Part shown: positions 1 through 9,867 of the stretch, in pieces
Layout: each line of letters starts with the position of its first letter
Numbering within the stretch: the first letter of the stretch is position 1
DNA from: Bacilli bacterium
Lineage (GTDB): Bacteria; Bacillota_I; Bacilli_A; RFN20; CAG-826
Length of the DNA stretch: 64,000 bases
NCBI GenBank assembly: GCA_028705995.1
Contig: JAQWCH010000001.1
Coordinates: forward strand, 4,166 to 68,165
Direction: 5' to 3'
The notes under the pieces: generated by a model
Told to the model about the DNA's origin: nothing
Seen by the model: the letters and a program-made list of their open reading frames with translations, nothing else
The model's database searches: none
Made by a program: the position numbers and the translations under genes

Positions 1-54
1 TACGTGGTCTATAATAAAAAAGTATTTATACATAATTGTTTAGGGGAGGTTTTT

Positions 55-849
55 ATGCAAGAAGTCGTAATCTCGGCGGAGCGTTTATACAAGAGTTTTC
101 AACTCTCACGCAAACAGCAAAAATTAACTGGGACAAATCTAAGAGTAATAAAAGCGGTCGACAATTTATCTTTACAGGTTTTTTCTGGGCAAATCTATGG
201 GTTACTTGGTCCAAACGGCGCAGGAAAAACAACGACCTTGCGGATTCTAGCAACACTAATTAAACCCGAGCAAGGGGATGCGCACATTGCTGGATATTCA
301 GTCAAAACACAGGCCAACAAAGTACGTGAAACAATTGGATTTTTAACAAGTGATTTAAAACTTGAGGACTTTTTTACACCGAACTATCTTTATGATTATT
401 TTAGTGCGCTTCATGGCGTTGATCCCGAAATAAGCAAAGTGCGTAAAGCCAAACTTTTTTCTCGCTTTGGGATTGATGAATTTGCCGAAGTCAAAGTGGC
501 TAATCTCTCGACGGGGATGCGGCAAAAAGTTTCGCTCGTAATTGCGATTGTTCATGATCCGGAGATTATTATTTTTGATGAACCCACCAATGGACTCGAT
601 GTGTTAACCGCAAAAGTTGTTACCGATTTTCTTATTGATTTAAAAGAAGCCGGCAAGACAATTATTGTATCAACACATATTTTCTCCTTGGTTGAAAAAA
701 TTTGTACGCACGTTGGCATCATCATCGAAGGCAAAATGATTGCGGAAGGTGAACTCGCCATAATTAAAGACGGACTCACACTAGAAGATCGTTTCTTCAA
801 TCTTTATGAGGCCTATCAAATAAATAAGGAGGAACAGCATAATGCATAA
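55..849 (+). CDS. ABC transporter ATP-binding protein (NatA-like, ABC-2 exporter type)
   Basis: ORF 4..849. Walker A GPNGAGKTT, signature LSTGMRQK, Walker B IIIFDEPT. The GGGGAGG RBS at 43-49 favours the ATG at 55. Confidence 0.9.
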   Translation: MQEVVISAERLYKSFQLSRKQQKLTGTNLRVIKAVDNLSLQVFSGQIYGLLGPNGAGKTTTLRILATLIKPEQGDAHIAGYSVKTQANKVRETIGFLTSDLKLEDFFTPNYLYDYFSALHGVDPEISKVRKAKLFSRFGIDEFAEVKVANLSTGMRQKVSLVIAIVHDPEIIIFDEPTNGLDVLTAKVVTDFLIDLKEAGKTIIVSTHIFSLVEKICTHVGIIIEGKMIAEGELAIIKDGLTLEDRFFNLYEAYQINKEEQHNA

Positions 850-2044
850 CACGTGGATTGTCTTTAAAAAAGAAATGGCGCGGTTCTTTAAAGATTTTCG
901 CTTGTTTTTTTCCACCGTTATTTTTCCGGGACTCTTACTCTTTATTGTCTATAACGTGATTGGAGTTGGTCTTCAATCATTTATGCAAGGTAGTGAAGAT
1001 TATATTGCGAGTGTCTACACGGTTAATTATCCAGAAACGATTCGCTCCGCGATTGAAATTCAAGACCCGGCCTTAAAAATTACGATTACTGCGATTGAAG
1101 AAGATGAAATTGTCACATATCGCGATTTAGTGCGTGATCAAGAAGTGGATTTACTCATGGTGTTTGAAGATGATTTTGACGCCAAATATGCCGATGTCAT
1201 TAATGGCGTAAGTGGTGCAGAAGCGCCATATGCCAAGCTTTACTATAATTCAACGCGAACAGAAAGCAGTAGCGTTTACACGCAAATTAAAGCAATTATT
1301 GATCATATTGAAGAAATGGCGACACCAGATTTAATTAATCTTAATGAACCAGTCGAAATTTACGACCAAGCGACCGAACGCGATATTGCAAGTTTTGTTT
1401 TCTCCTCGCTTTTCCCCTTCTTAATTCTTATCTTTATCAGTAGTGGAGTGGTTGGATTAACAGCAGAAAGCATTGCGGGTGAAAAAGAACGCGGAACGCT
1501 TGCTACGGTCCTTGTCACACCAATTAGACGCGGCGAATATGCAGTTGGAAAAATCCTTGCGCTCGCAGTTGAAGCGCTCCTCAGTGGTTTATCAAGTTTT
1601 ATCGCCGTATTACTTTCATTTCCACAACTCGCTGGTCTTGAGGGCGGCTTTTCCCTTGTATTATCGAGTTTTAAAATCACTGACTACTTGGGGATTTTAT
1701 TGATGATTATCGCCCTGGTCCTCTTTGTTGTGACATTAATGTCAATTGCTTCCGCTTTTGCGCGTACCGTCAAAGAAGCGAGTAGTTATAGCGCGCCAAT
1801 TTTGATGCTTTTAATGGTGATTGGCGTTACACCACTCCTCACGCAAGGTGGGGCCGCAACAAATGCATTAATCTATCTTATTCCGATTATTGGGCCCCTA
1901 CAGGCCCTCGTAGGGATATTCTCGTTTTCTTCATCATTAATTAATATATTGCTTGCTTTCGGTAGTACGCTCGTCTATGCGACGTTACTTGCCTTTGTGC
2001 TCGTGAAAATGTTTAATAACGAGCGCGTAATGTTTAAGCAATAA
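842..2044 (+). CDS. ABC-2 family permease (NatB-like)
   Basis: 400-aa ORF overlapping the ATPase gene by 8 nt. One N-terminal TM helix, a roughly 140-aa soluble loop, then a cluster of C-terminal TM helices, which is the NatB-type architecture. Confidence 0.8.
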   Translation: MHNTWIVFKKEMARFFKDFRLFFSTVIFPGLLLFIVYNVIGVGLQSFMQGSEDYIASVYTVNYPETIRSAIEIQDPALKITITAIEEDEIVTYRDLVRDQEVDLLMVFEDDFDAKYADVINGVSGAEAPYAKLYYNSTRTESSSVYTQIKAIIDHIEEMATPDLINLNEPVEIYDQATERDIASFVFSSLFPFLILIFISSGVVGLTAESIAGEKERGTLATVLVTPIRRGEYAVGKILALAVEALLSGLSSFIAVLLSFPQLAGLEGGFSLVLSSFKITDYLGILLMIIALVLFVVTLMSIASAFARTVKEASSYSAPILMLLMVIGVTPLLTQGGAATNALIYLIPIIGPLQALVGIFSFSSSLINILLAFGSTLVYATLLAFVLVKMFNNERVMFKQ

Positions 2045-2060
2045 GTTAGTGTAAACAATA

Positions 2061-2096
2061 AAAAAAGCGTGGTTAGTAAATCTAATCACGCTTTTA
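2061..2096. terminator. Bidirectional intrinsic terminator between convergent permease and eno genes
   Basis: 11-bp stem AGCGTGGTTAG/CTAATCACGCT (2066-2076 / 2082-2092) flanked by an A-run and a T-run. Confidence 0.8.
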
Positions 2097-2113
2097 AATT
2101 ATTTAACGACGAT

Positions 2114-3463
<1,350 letters not shown>

Positions 3464-3590
3464 TTACGCGAAACGCAGTAAAAAAACAACATTCGGTAAA
3501 AAAATACCAATCAATTTTATGCTATTTCCATCATTGTGATTAAATAATGTCATAATGGATGATAAAGTTTATAATATATACGAGGAACTT

Positions 3591-3728
3591 ATGCGCAGAT
3601 TTAAAGATATTCGACTAATATTTATTGCTTTATTCTTTTTAGCTTTTGCATTTTATGGCTTGATGGTATATTTTGGCAATAATTTACAAATCGATCTTGC
3701 ACTAATTTTAGCGCATTTTATTTTCTAG
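3591..3728 (+). CDS. Possible small hydrophobic membrane peptide (45 aa)
   Basis: Hand-translated ORF MRRFKDIRLIFIALFFLAFAFYGLMVYFGNNLQIDLALILAHFIF. GAGGA RBS 5 nt upstream. It fills an otherwise empty intergenic gap and has no recognisable homology. Confidence 0.35.
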   Translation: MRRFKDIRLIFIALFFLAFAFYGLMVYFGNNLQIDLALILAHFIF

Positions 3729-3732
3729 GCTA

Positions 3733-4164
3733 ATGAACGACAATCAACCAATAATCGCCGTTGTTGCGGCAATCATTTATCACGATAATAAAATATTTGC
3801 CGCCCAACGCAAAGAATTAGGTGTCCGTTTTAATAAATGGGAATTTCCCGGCGGTAAAATTGAAAAGCAGGAAACAGCAATTGCTGCTCTTTACCGTGAG
3901 TTAGAAGAAGAACTTAATATTCGTGTACATAATCCGCGCTTATTTACGCATATTCAACACGATTATGAGGTATTCATGTTGGAAATGGATGTTTTCTTTG
4001 TTGATCTACTACCAAATGAAACAATTGTTTATCAAGCGCATAAAACTGGTGGTTGGTTTTCCCTCGCGGAGATTCAGGAACTCGATTTACTTCCGGCGGA
4101 CCGTAAAGTCGTTGATCAATTACTTAAGTCAGTGGGAAAGAGGAGTGATGATGGAAAATCTTAA
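3733..4164 (+). CDS. NUDIX hydrolase (MutT-like)
   Basis: Nudix box GGKIEKQETAIAALYRELEEELNI (GX5EX7REUXEEXGU). Confidence 0.85.
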   Translation: MNDNQPIIAVVAAIIYHDNKIFAAQRKELGVRFNKWEFPGGKIEKQETAIAALYRELEEELNIRVHNPRLFTHIQHDYEVFMLEMDVFFVDLLPNETIVYQAHKTGGWFSLAEIQELDLLPADRKVVDQLLKSVGKRSDDGKS

Positions 4165-4759
4165 AAATGAAAAAAAGCCGTTCATATCATTTATCGAAAA
4201 GCTCATATACGGTTGTCTTATATTAGTATTGATATTGATTGTTGTAGCGATAAATGTGGCGCGTACAAGTCAGAACGCACAACTAGAGGAACAATCATCA
4301 CTAGCGACTAATCAACTATACCATCTTGATTTAGCGACCGATGAGGATATAACAAGCAACGGTAATCCCAGTCCAACACTAACCCGCGATTCCGTTTATG
4401 GAGCATTGCAATTTGACGAAAAAAGCGATCAATTCACATTACCAGCTTTAGTAAAATATGATACTTATCAAATCGAGTTAGTTACGGGATATGAATATGG
4501 AAATCTAGCAACTTCAGTATCCACGTCCATTGGTGAAGCTAATCTTATTCTTTCAATTAATGAAAATGAAGAACCCCTTGGTGTCTATGTTCCATTAATC
4601 GATCACACATATAGTTTTTATATTAATCATCCCAGTAGTGAAAGCGCGGTAATTACAATTGCGTTTAATGATTTCATGACAAAAGAAATAGCAGGTCAGC
4701 ATTATAACTTTGAATATATTTCTTTGATGCAAATTACTATTTACGGAATTAATCAATAA
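4148..4759 (+). CDS. Hypothetical membrane-anchored protein
   Basis: Frame of ORF 3923..4759. The part upstream of 4148 overlaps the NUDIX gene. MMENLKNEKK start followed by one TM helix (LIYGCLILVLILIVVAINV) and a soluble domain. Confidence 0.55.
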   Translation: MMENLKNEKKPFISFIEKLIYGCLILVLILIVVAINVARTSQNAQLEEQSSLATNQLYHLDLATDEDITSNGNPSPTLTRDSVYGALQFDEKSDQFTLPALVKYDTYQIELVTGYEYGNLATSVSTSIGEANLILSINENEEPLGVYVPLIDHTYSFYINHPSSESAVITIAFNDFMTKEIAGQHYNFEYISLMQITIYGINQ

Positions 4760-5340
4760 TTATTCTTTTTTAAGTATGCAACAAGTTGAGCGGTGGCTTT
4801 TCCGCGGTGTGAATAGCGATTTTTTTCTTCAGTTGATAATGTTGCAAATGGGGCATTTGCTTCGAAAGAAAAAAATATTGGATCATAACCAAACCCATTT
4901 TTTCCTTGCGGTAAATCAAGGATATACCCAGGGGCGATTCCTTTAAATATTTGCGGTGCTTGAAAGGGTAAAATTAATGCGATTACACAAACAAATTGGG
5001 CGGTCTTATCTTGTTGAGATTTCATCATATTAATGATTTCAAGATTTTTTTCATCATCGCTTGCGCCAAGTAAAAAGCGGTGTGAGTGAAGGCCAGGAAA
5101 ACCATCAAGCGCATTAATCTCAAGTCCAGAATCATCTGCTAGTATCGCTGCATCTATGAGTTTGGCAAGTGCACGTGCTTTGATTAGAGCGTTGTCAGTA
5201 AATGTCTGACCATCTTCAACAAAATTCAAAGGAATATTGACCTCTATTGGGCTAATCGCCTCATAACCAAGTGGAGTCAATATCTGACGATACTCACGGA
5301 TTTTGTTTGGATTCAACGTTGCGATGATGATTTTTTTCAT
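4753..5340 (-). CDS. rdgB: Non-canonical purine NTP pyrophosphatase (RdgB/HAM1 family)
   Basis: MKKIIIATLNPNKIREY N-terminus, FGYDPIF and SHRG motifs, 195 aa. Confidence 0.9.
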   Translation of the reverse strand: MKKIIIATLNPNKIREYRQILTPLGYEAISPIEVNIPLNFVEDGQTFTDNALIKARALAKLIDAAILADDSGLEINALDGFPGLHSHRFLLGASDDEKNLEIINMMKSQQDKTAQFVCVIALILPFQAPQIFKGIAPGYILDLPQGKNGFGYDPIFFSFEANAPFATLSTEEKNRYSHRGKATAQLVAYLKKNNY

Positions 5341-5497
5341 AATGATATCCTAATTTATAAAAGTTATTATTTATTAATCACATAAATTTGAAAGTGGTAA
5401 AATTGCATGATTACATTGTAGTCTTATTAGATTGCTTGCGCGATATTTTTCTTTTTATTTGCTACAATAAACATTATAGCAAGGATCATTTAAGAAT

Positions 5498-5527
5498 AAA
5501 AAAAGCCGATTTTATCGGCGTTTTTTT
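5498..5527. terminator. Intrinsic terminator after the tRNA pair (bidirectional shape)
   Basis: GCCGAT-TTT-ATCGGC hairpin (5505-5519) with a 7-nt A-run upstream and a 7-nt T-run downstream. Confidence 0.75.
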
Positions 5528-5532
5528 ATAGA

Positions 5533-5606
5533 TGGAGCAGGTGACGGGAATCGAACCCGCATAACCAGCTTGGAAGGCTGGTGTTCTACCACTGAACTAC
5601 ACCTGC
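5533..5606 (-). tRNA. tRNA-Gly (anticodon UCC)
   Basis: The reverse complement folds as a cloverleaf. Acceptor GCAGGTG/CACCTGC, anticodon loop CUUCCAA, T-arm GCGGG-TTCGATT-CCCGT, encoded CCA, 74 nt. Confidence 0.95.
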
Positions 5607-5609
5607 ATC

Positions 5610-5685
5610 TGGCGGACCAGATGGGGATCGAACCCACGATCTTCTCCGTGACAGGGAGACATGTTAACCACTACACCACTGGTCC
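5610..5685 (-). tRNA. tRNA-Asp (anticodon GUC)
   Basis: Reverse complement: acceptor GGACCAG/CTGGTCC, anticodon loop CUGUCAC, T-arm GTGGG-TTCGATC-CCCAT, encoded CCA, 76 nt. Confidence 0.95.
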
Positions 5686-5694
5686 GTGCTATGC

Positions 5695-5703
5695 ATTTTA
5701 GCA
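5695..5703 (-). promoter_or_regulatory. Extended -10 element (TGCTAAAAT) for the tRNA-Asp/Gly transcript
   Basis: Reverse complement of ATTTTAGCA, about 10 nt upstream of the mature tRNA-Asp 5' end. Confidence 0.5.
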
Positions 5704-5758
5704 CATTCATTTCGTGAGATAAAGTGGTAAGCGCATAAATTACAAAAAGAAAATTGAT

Positions 5759-5790
5759 AAAAAAAAGAAGGGGTAGGACCCCTCTATTTT
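5759..5790. terminator. Intrinsic terminator downstream of trxA
   Basis: AGGGGT/ACCCCT stem (5769-5783). On the minus strand it is followed by an 8-nt U-run (A-run 5759-5766 on the plus strand). Confidence 0.7.
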
Positions 5791-5800
5791 TAGTTATTTC

Positions 5801-6115
5801 TTATAACCCAAGCCAACGAACAAGCGGGGCCTTTGGCATAAAGCCAATTTGCGTACCAACAACTTGCCCATTTTTGAAATGAACCATCGTTGGAATGGAG
5901 TTGACCCGGAATTGAGCAGCGATAATTTGGTTGCTCGGGGAATCAACATCGACCTTGAGAATGGTCAAACCTGGATGTTCATCAGAAATTGCTTCAAGGA
6001 CGGGACCGATCATTTTGCAAGGTCCACACCATTGAGCCCAAAAGTCAACAAGCACGTGTGGATTTTCGCGCACCTCCACTTGAAATTCGGCGAGTGATTT
6101 GATGTGTTTAATCAT
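5801..6115 (-). CDS. trxA: Thioredoxin
   Basis: 104 aa, WCGPC active site, thioredoxin-length protein. Confidence 0.95.
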   Translation of the reverse strand: MIKHIKSLAEFQVEVRENPHVLVDFWAQWCGPCKMIGPVLEAISDEHPGLTILKVDVDSPSNQIIAAQFRVNSIPTMVHFKNGQVVGTQIGFMPKAPLVRWLGL

Positions 6116-6137
6116 ATTTTTTTTCCTCTCTTAAGCA

Positions 6138-6989
6138 TTAAATTGAAATCAAATATAGTACGAGTGCGATGAGACCAAGATGCAATGGATAGAAAGCGTA
6201 ATTGAATACTTGGAGCCAACGGGCTCGGTAACCAGGACGACCATTATAAATTAAGATAAAGATGGCCGCGAGGAGCGAATAACTTTGTAAGCGCATGTTC
6301 CATGTCATGACTGGCAAAGTTATGTCTAAAATATACCAAATTAAATTCACAGACAAAAGTAAAACGCTTGATAAATAAATATAAAGAGTATGGAACTGTT
6401 CAATGTGGGCTAAAGCTGGTTCATTTAAGTCCTTAATACCGGTTGAACGAGTGATAAAAAGTTTAGCAATCAAATGCGCTAAATAGAAACCAACAAAGAG
6501 TAATAAAGAGAACCAACTGTAATCCGCCAGCATAAATGCCGGTATATATAGAATATTTCCATATACAAGAATTGTTGTGATTATTACATAGACGGTTGGT
6601 AATAGGTAATACCAGTTTTTCTTTTTGGGATGTAAAAAGAAGTAAACCAGCATGACCCCAGATATCAAGTCGATAAAAATGTTTTTTGGCGGAAAAGAAA
6701 TATGTAAAACAAATTCCATCATAGCGATGACAACCGCCATAATCATCACCATCAGCGCCATCCGTCGGACGTACTTATTTATATCACGTGTATAACGCAC
6801 TGCTTCGAAAGCTAAAAAGATAAATAATGGGAGCGCAATGCGTCCGAGAATACGCATTAGTAAATAAACATCAGAATTAATCGGCAGGTTGAAATCAATC
6901 ATTAAGGCGGCTATATGGTCGATGACCATAATTACCATTGCGATAATGCGTAAACCAAGGCTTGATAATATTTGAAAGCGCCGACTCAT
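6138..6989 (-). CDS. TraX family membrane protein
   Basis: Polytopic membrane protein. The N-terminal LRIIAMVIMVIDHIA motif is typical of the TraX family. Confidence 0.7.
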   Translation of the reverse strand: MSRRFQILSSLGLRIIAMVIMVIDHIAALMIDFNLPINSDVYLLMRILGRIALPLFIFLAFEAVRYTRDINKYVRRMALMVMIMAVVIAMMEFVLHISFPPKNIFIDLISGVMLVYFFLHPKKKNWYYLLPTVYVIITTILVYGNILYIPAFMLADYSWFSLLLFVGFYLAHLIAKLFITRSTGIKDLNEPALAHIEQFHTLYIYLSSVLLLSVNLIWYILDITLPVMTWNMRLQSYSLLAAIFILIYNGRPGYRARWLQVFNYAFYPLHLGLIALVLYLISI

Positions 6990-7786
6990 AGGAATAATGC
7001 TCCAAGAAAAATCATGATAAAGCTCAGCAAGTTATTGAAAATATGGGCGGTAATTGAAGTTGCTAGGCCTTCGCGATCATATGCAAAACATAAAACCGCC
7101 CCACCGATAATATATGAGGGCAAGTTGAGAAATTCATTTAGTAAATTCGGGTTTGTAAAATCAAAATGAATTAAACCAAATAAGAGCATTACGGCAATAT
7201 AAGCGAAAATCCGATTTTTTCTTTTAATCATTGAAAATAGTCCAAGCCGATACGTCAATTCTTCAACAATCGGCCCAAGCAGGACAATCCAAATAAATGA
7301 GTCAATTGGTGAATTTAATACAAGTGCGGTAATTGCCGATTGATTTGCGTTATCGCTCACAGTGAGCCCAGTGATATTTAAAATAAAACTATATATGCCG
7401 GAAATAATAATTATCAAGGCGGTGTATCCAAGACCATTAATCCAAACCTTTTTATGCTTGAACGTTGCGATTATATTAGGGATATGATCACTAAGTGGAA
7501 TCATCATCGTGACGATGATAACGAAATATATTAAGCCATTTGTAAGACCAAGAAAATCATCTGTTTGCAGAAAACCAGGATTTATTTGTCCGGGAATATG
7601 GCCAAGTATGAGACGGAAAAAAAGCACAACAAAAAACGAAAAAAAGTTTACACCTAAAAAACCAAGTGCAAAAAGAATAAGATGTTTCTCACTGGAAAAA
7701 GTTAGTGATGGTTGCACATCATTTAAATTTTCTTCAGATGATTTCAATTCAGTTGATTGAGCATCGGGCAACAATTTGTTATTCAT
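6986..7786 (-). CDS. CPBP (CAAX) family intramembrane metalloprotease
   Basis: EELTYRL (EExxxR), FGLIH and ITAHIFNN motifs within TM helices. Its stop overlaps the TraX start by 4 nt. Confidence 0.8.
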   Translation of the reverse strand: MNNKLLPDAQSTELKSSEENLNDVQPSLTFSSEKHLILFALGFLGVNFFSFFVVLFFRLILGHIPGQINPGFLQTDDFLGLTNGLIYFVIIVTMMIPLSDHIPNIIATFKHKKVWINGLGYTALIIIISGIYSFILNITGLTVSDNANQSAITALVLNSPIDSFIWIVLLGPIVEELTYRLGLFSMIKRKNRIFAYIAVMLLFGLIHFDFTNPNLLNEFLNLPSYIIGGAVLCFAYDREGLATSITAHIFNNLLSFIMIFLGALFL

Positions 7787-7864
7787 ACATCAATTATTTT
7801 ACTCGATGAGCAGTGAAGATGGTAGAAAAAGCGTTGAGATAGCGATTAACATTACGTTTACACA

Positions 7865-7873
7865 TGGTAAAAT
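7865..7873 (+). promoter_or_regulatory. Extended -10 (TGGTAAAAT) 7 nt upstream of the yigZ-family ATG
   Basis: Read directly from the sequence. There is no Shine-Dalgarno between it and the ATG at 7881. Confidence 0.45.
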
Positions 7874-7880
7874 ATCTTTA

Positions 7881-8492
7881 ATGAACAAATATCGCATTGT
7901 TAAAACAACTATTTTTGAAAACGTGGTTGAGAAATCACGTTTTATTGCGGTTCTTGTTGCTTTACAATCAGAAAATGATTATAAAGATGAAATTTTAAAA
8001 ATTAAAAAGAGATGGCCGAAAGCCCGCCATTATCCATATGCTTTTGTCTATGATGAGCGCAGTCAAAGTAATGATGATGGCGAACCTTCCGGAACATGTG
8101 GCCGGCCATTATTAAGTTTGCTTGATAATCATCAATTAAATCGGGTGCTGATTGTTGTAGTTCGTTATTTTGGTGGTGTAAAACTCGGCGCGGGGCGCCT
8201 TTTACGCACTTATGTTGATACGGCAAATCAAGCGATTATCCAAGCTGAATTACTTCAAGAAATTAGTGGCTTTCATAGCGAATATGAACTAGATTTTTCC
8301 CAGGCCCAAATAATTCAAAATAAAATTAGTTATTATCCCGATATTCAACTTAAAATGGATTATACTAATAAGGTGCGAGTGCAAATCACAAGCCCAGTTG
8401 ATGTTACGGAGCTGATTAATGAGTGGCTGCAAGGGAAAATTTTGCCTTTGTTTATTGAAAAAACGCTCATGCTTGTACCAAAATCGTTATAA
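7881..8492 (+). CDS. YigZ/IMPACT family protein
   Basis: MNKYRIVKTTIFENVVEKSRFIAVL matches the YigZ N-terminus (..KKSRFI..). GEPSGT and VVRYFGG motifs. The upstream 35 codons of ORF 7776 are rejected. Confidence 0.8.
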   Translation: MNKYRIVKTTIFENVVEKSRFIAVLVALQSENDYKDEILKIKKRWPKARHYPYAFVYDERSQSNDDGEPSGTCGRPLLSLLDNHQLNRVLIVVVRYFGGVKLGAGRLLRTYVDTANQAIIQAELLQEISGFHSEYELDFSQAQIIQNKISYYPDIQLKMDYTNKVRVQITSPVDVTELINEWLQGKILPLFIEKTLMLVPKSL

Positions 8493-8514
8493 AATTATTA
8501 TTTAGGAGATAGAT

Positions 8515-9777
8515 ATGGAAGCACGTGAGTTTAATCTAAGACGAGAAAAATTATTGAGTACAATGCCAGATCATGCGGCGATCATCCTTTTTAGCGGTAG
8601 TGGCGTTAAGTGCTCAGCGGATGAAGAGTATCCATTTGTGGTCAATAAAAACTTTTATTATCTAACTGGTGTTACTCAAGCCAATAGCGCCTTAATTATT
8701 TTAAAAGTTGATAAGGTTGTTACTCCATATTTGTTTATTGAACAACCCGAAGAAATTAAAGAAAAATGGACTGGTCGCCGGCTATCAGTCAATCAAGCTT
8801 ATAAAATTAGTGGAATTGAGAATGTCCTTTTCACTGAGCAAATTGATAGCAAAATTGCCACAGTATTAAGCCCGGACGATAATACTTATGGTCGGATTGA
8901 CTATTTATATTTTGATTTAGAGCTCGGATTAAAAATTCGTGGCGAACAATCGGTTGAACAACTTAAAAACAAACTTGCGCAAAAGTATCCGCATCTTGTA
9001 ATCGAAGATGTTTATCCCAAAATTGTACAGTTAAGAATGCTCAAGTCACCAAACGAAATCGCCGCGATTCGCAAAGCAATTTCTTTTACAAACACGGGGT
9101 TAAAAGCCATGCTTACTCAGCTTAAGCCAGAGATGTTCGAATATCAAGCTCGGGCGCTTTTTGAGTATGTTATCGGCGATCGGCACAACGCTAAACTGGC
9201 GTTTGCCACAATTGCGGCCAGTGGCGTTAATGCAACAATCTTGCATTACCCGACACCAAATGAGCGCATGAAAGATGGTCAACTCTTACTGCTTGATCTT
9301 GGCGCGGCAAATGAATTGTATTCATCAGATATTTCTCGTACTTATCCGGTTAGTGGCCAATTCAATGGATTGCAAAAAGCAATTTATGAAATTGTGCTAG
9401 CGTGTAATAAAGCAGTAATCGAGATGATTAAACCAGGATTAACCTTGCTCGATTTACAAAAATATACGATTGAGTTTTTATCAAATCGTTTATTAGAAGA
9501 AAATTTAATCAAATCTGCTGATGAAATCAGTAAGTATTACTATCATTCAGTTAGTCATCACTTAGGCCTTGATACACATGATCCAGCTGATCGACAACTG
9601 CCATTAGCACCAGGCAATGTGATTACTGTTGAACCCGGTCTTTACTTTAAAGAATACGGTATTGGTGTTCGGATTGAAGATGATGTGCTTGTGACGCTTG
9701 ATGGAAGTGAAAACCTTTCCAAAGCAATCATTAAAGAAGTAAAAGATATCGAAAAAGCTTTAATTCATCGCAAATAA
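8515..9777 (+). CDS. Xaa-Pro aminopeptidase (M24B family)
   Basis: Creatinase-like N-domain plus M24 metal ligand context (DLGA..SDISRT, HHLGLDTHD, EPGLY, RIEDD). Confidence 0.85.
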   Translation: MEAREFNLRREKLLSTMPDHAAIILFSGSGVKCSADEEYPFVVNKNFYYLTGVTQANSALIILKVDKVVTPYLFIEQPEEIKEKWTGRRLSVNQAYKISGIENVLFTEQIDSKIATVLSPDDNTYGRIDYLYFDLELGLKIRGEQSVEQLKNKLAQKYPHLVIEDVYPKIVQLRMLKSPNEIAAIRKAISFTNTGLKAMLTQLKPEMFEYQARALFEYVIGDRHNAKLAFATIAASGVNATILHYPTPNERMKDGQLLLLDLGAANELYSSDISRTYPVSGQFNGLQKAIYEIVLACNKAVIEMIKPGLTLLDLQKYTIEFLSNRLLEENLIKSADEISKYYYHSVSHHLGLDTHDPADRQLPLAPGNVITVEPGLYFKEYGIGVRIEDDVLVTLDGSENLSKAIIKEVKDIEKALIHRK

Positions 9778-9780
9778 ACT

Positions 9781-9806
9781 AAAGGGCAGAAATGCCTTTT
9801 TTTATT
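9781..9806 (+). terminator. Weak intrinsic terminator after the aminopeptidase gene
   Basis: Short GGGCA-GAAA-TGCC(T) stem followed by a T-run. Confidence 0.45.
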
Positions 9807-9867
9807 TGTTATCGAGAACTTTAATGCGTAAAATAATAATATCAATAATTTTAAAAGGAAAAATAAT

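Noticed and set aside
1360-1680. Many 60-106-aa ORFs in the track are nested in or antisense to long genes. Examples are 1360..1680, 2379..2618, 2760..3011, 26911..27210, 29515..29808, 33420..33848, 48638..48874, 51528..51773 and 56470..56745.
   Set aside because: Each is fully embedded in a confidently identified longer CDS. They lack an RBS and have skewed, low-complexity composition typical of shadow ORFs.
3923-4147. An N-terminal 75-codon extension of ORF 3923..4759 overlaps the NUDIX gene in another frame.
   Set aside because: It lies entirely inside a well-supported NUDIX CDS and its sequence is low-complexity and basic. A sensible start (ATG 4148/4151 after GGGAAAGAGGAG) exists at the NUDIX stop.
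5533-5685. I considered the tRNA-Asp/tRNA-Gly pair as a possible integration hotspot marking a genomic island.
   Set aside because: The flanking genes (rdgB, trxA) are housekeeping. I saw no integrase, no direct repeat of a tRNA 3' end and no phage genes.
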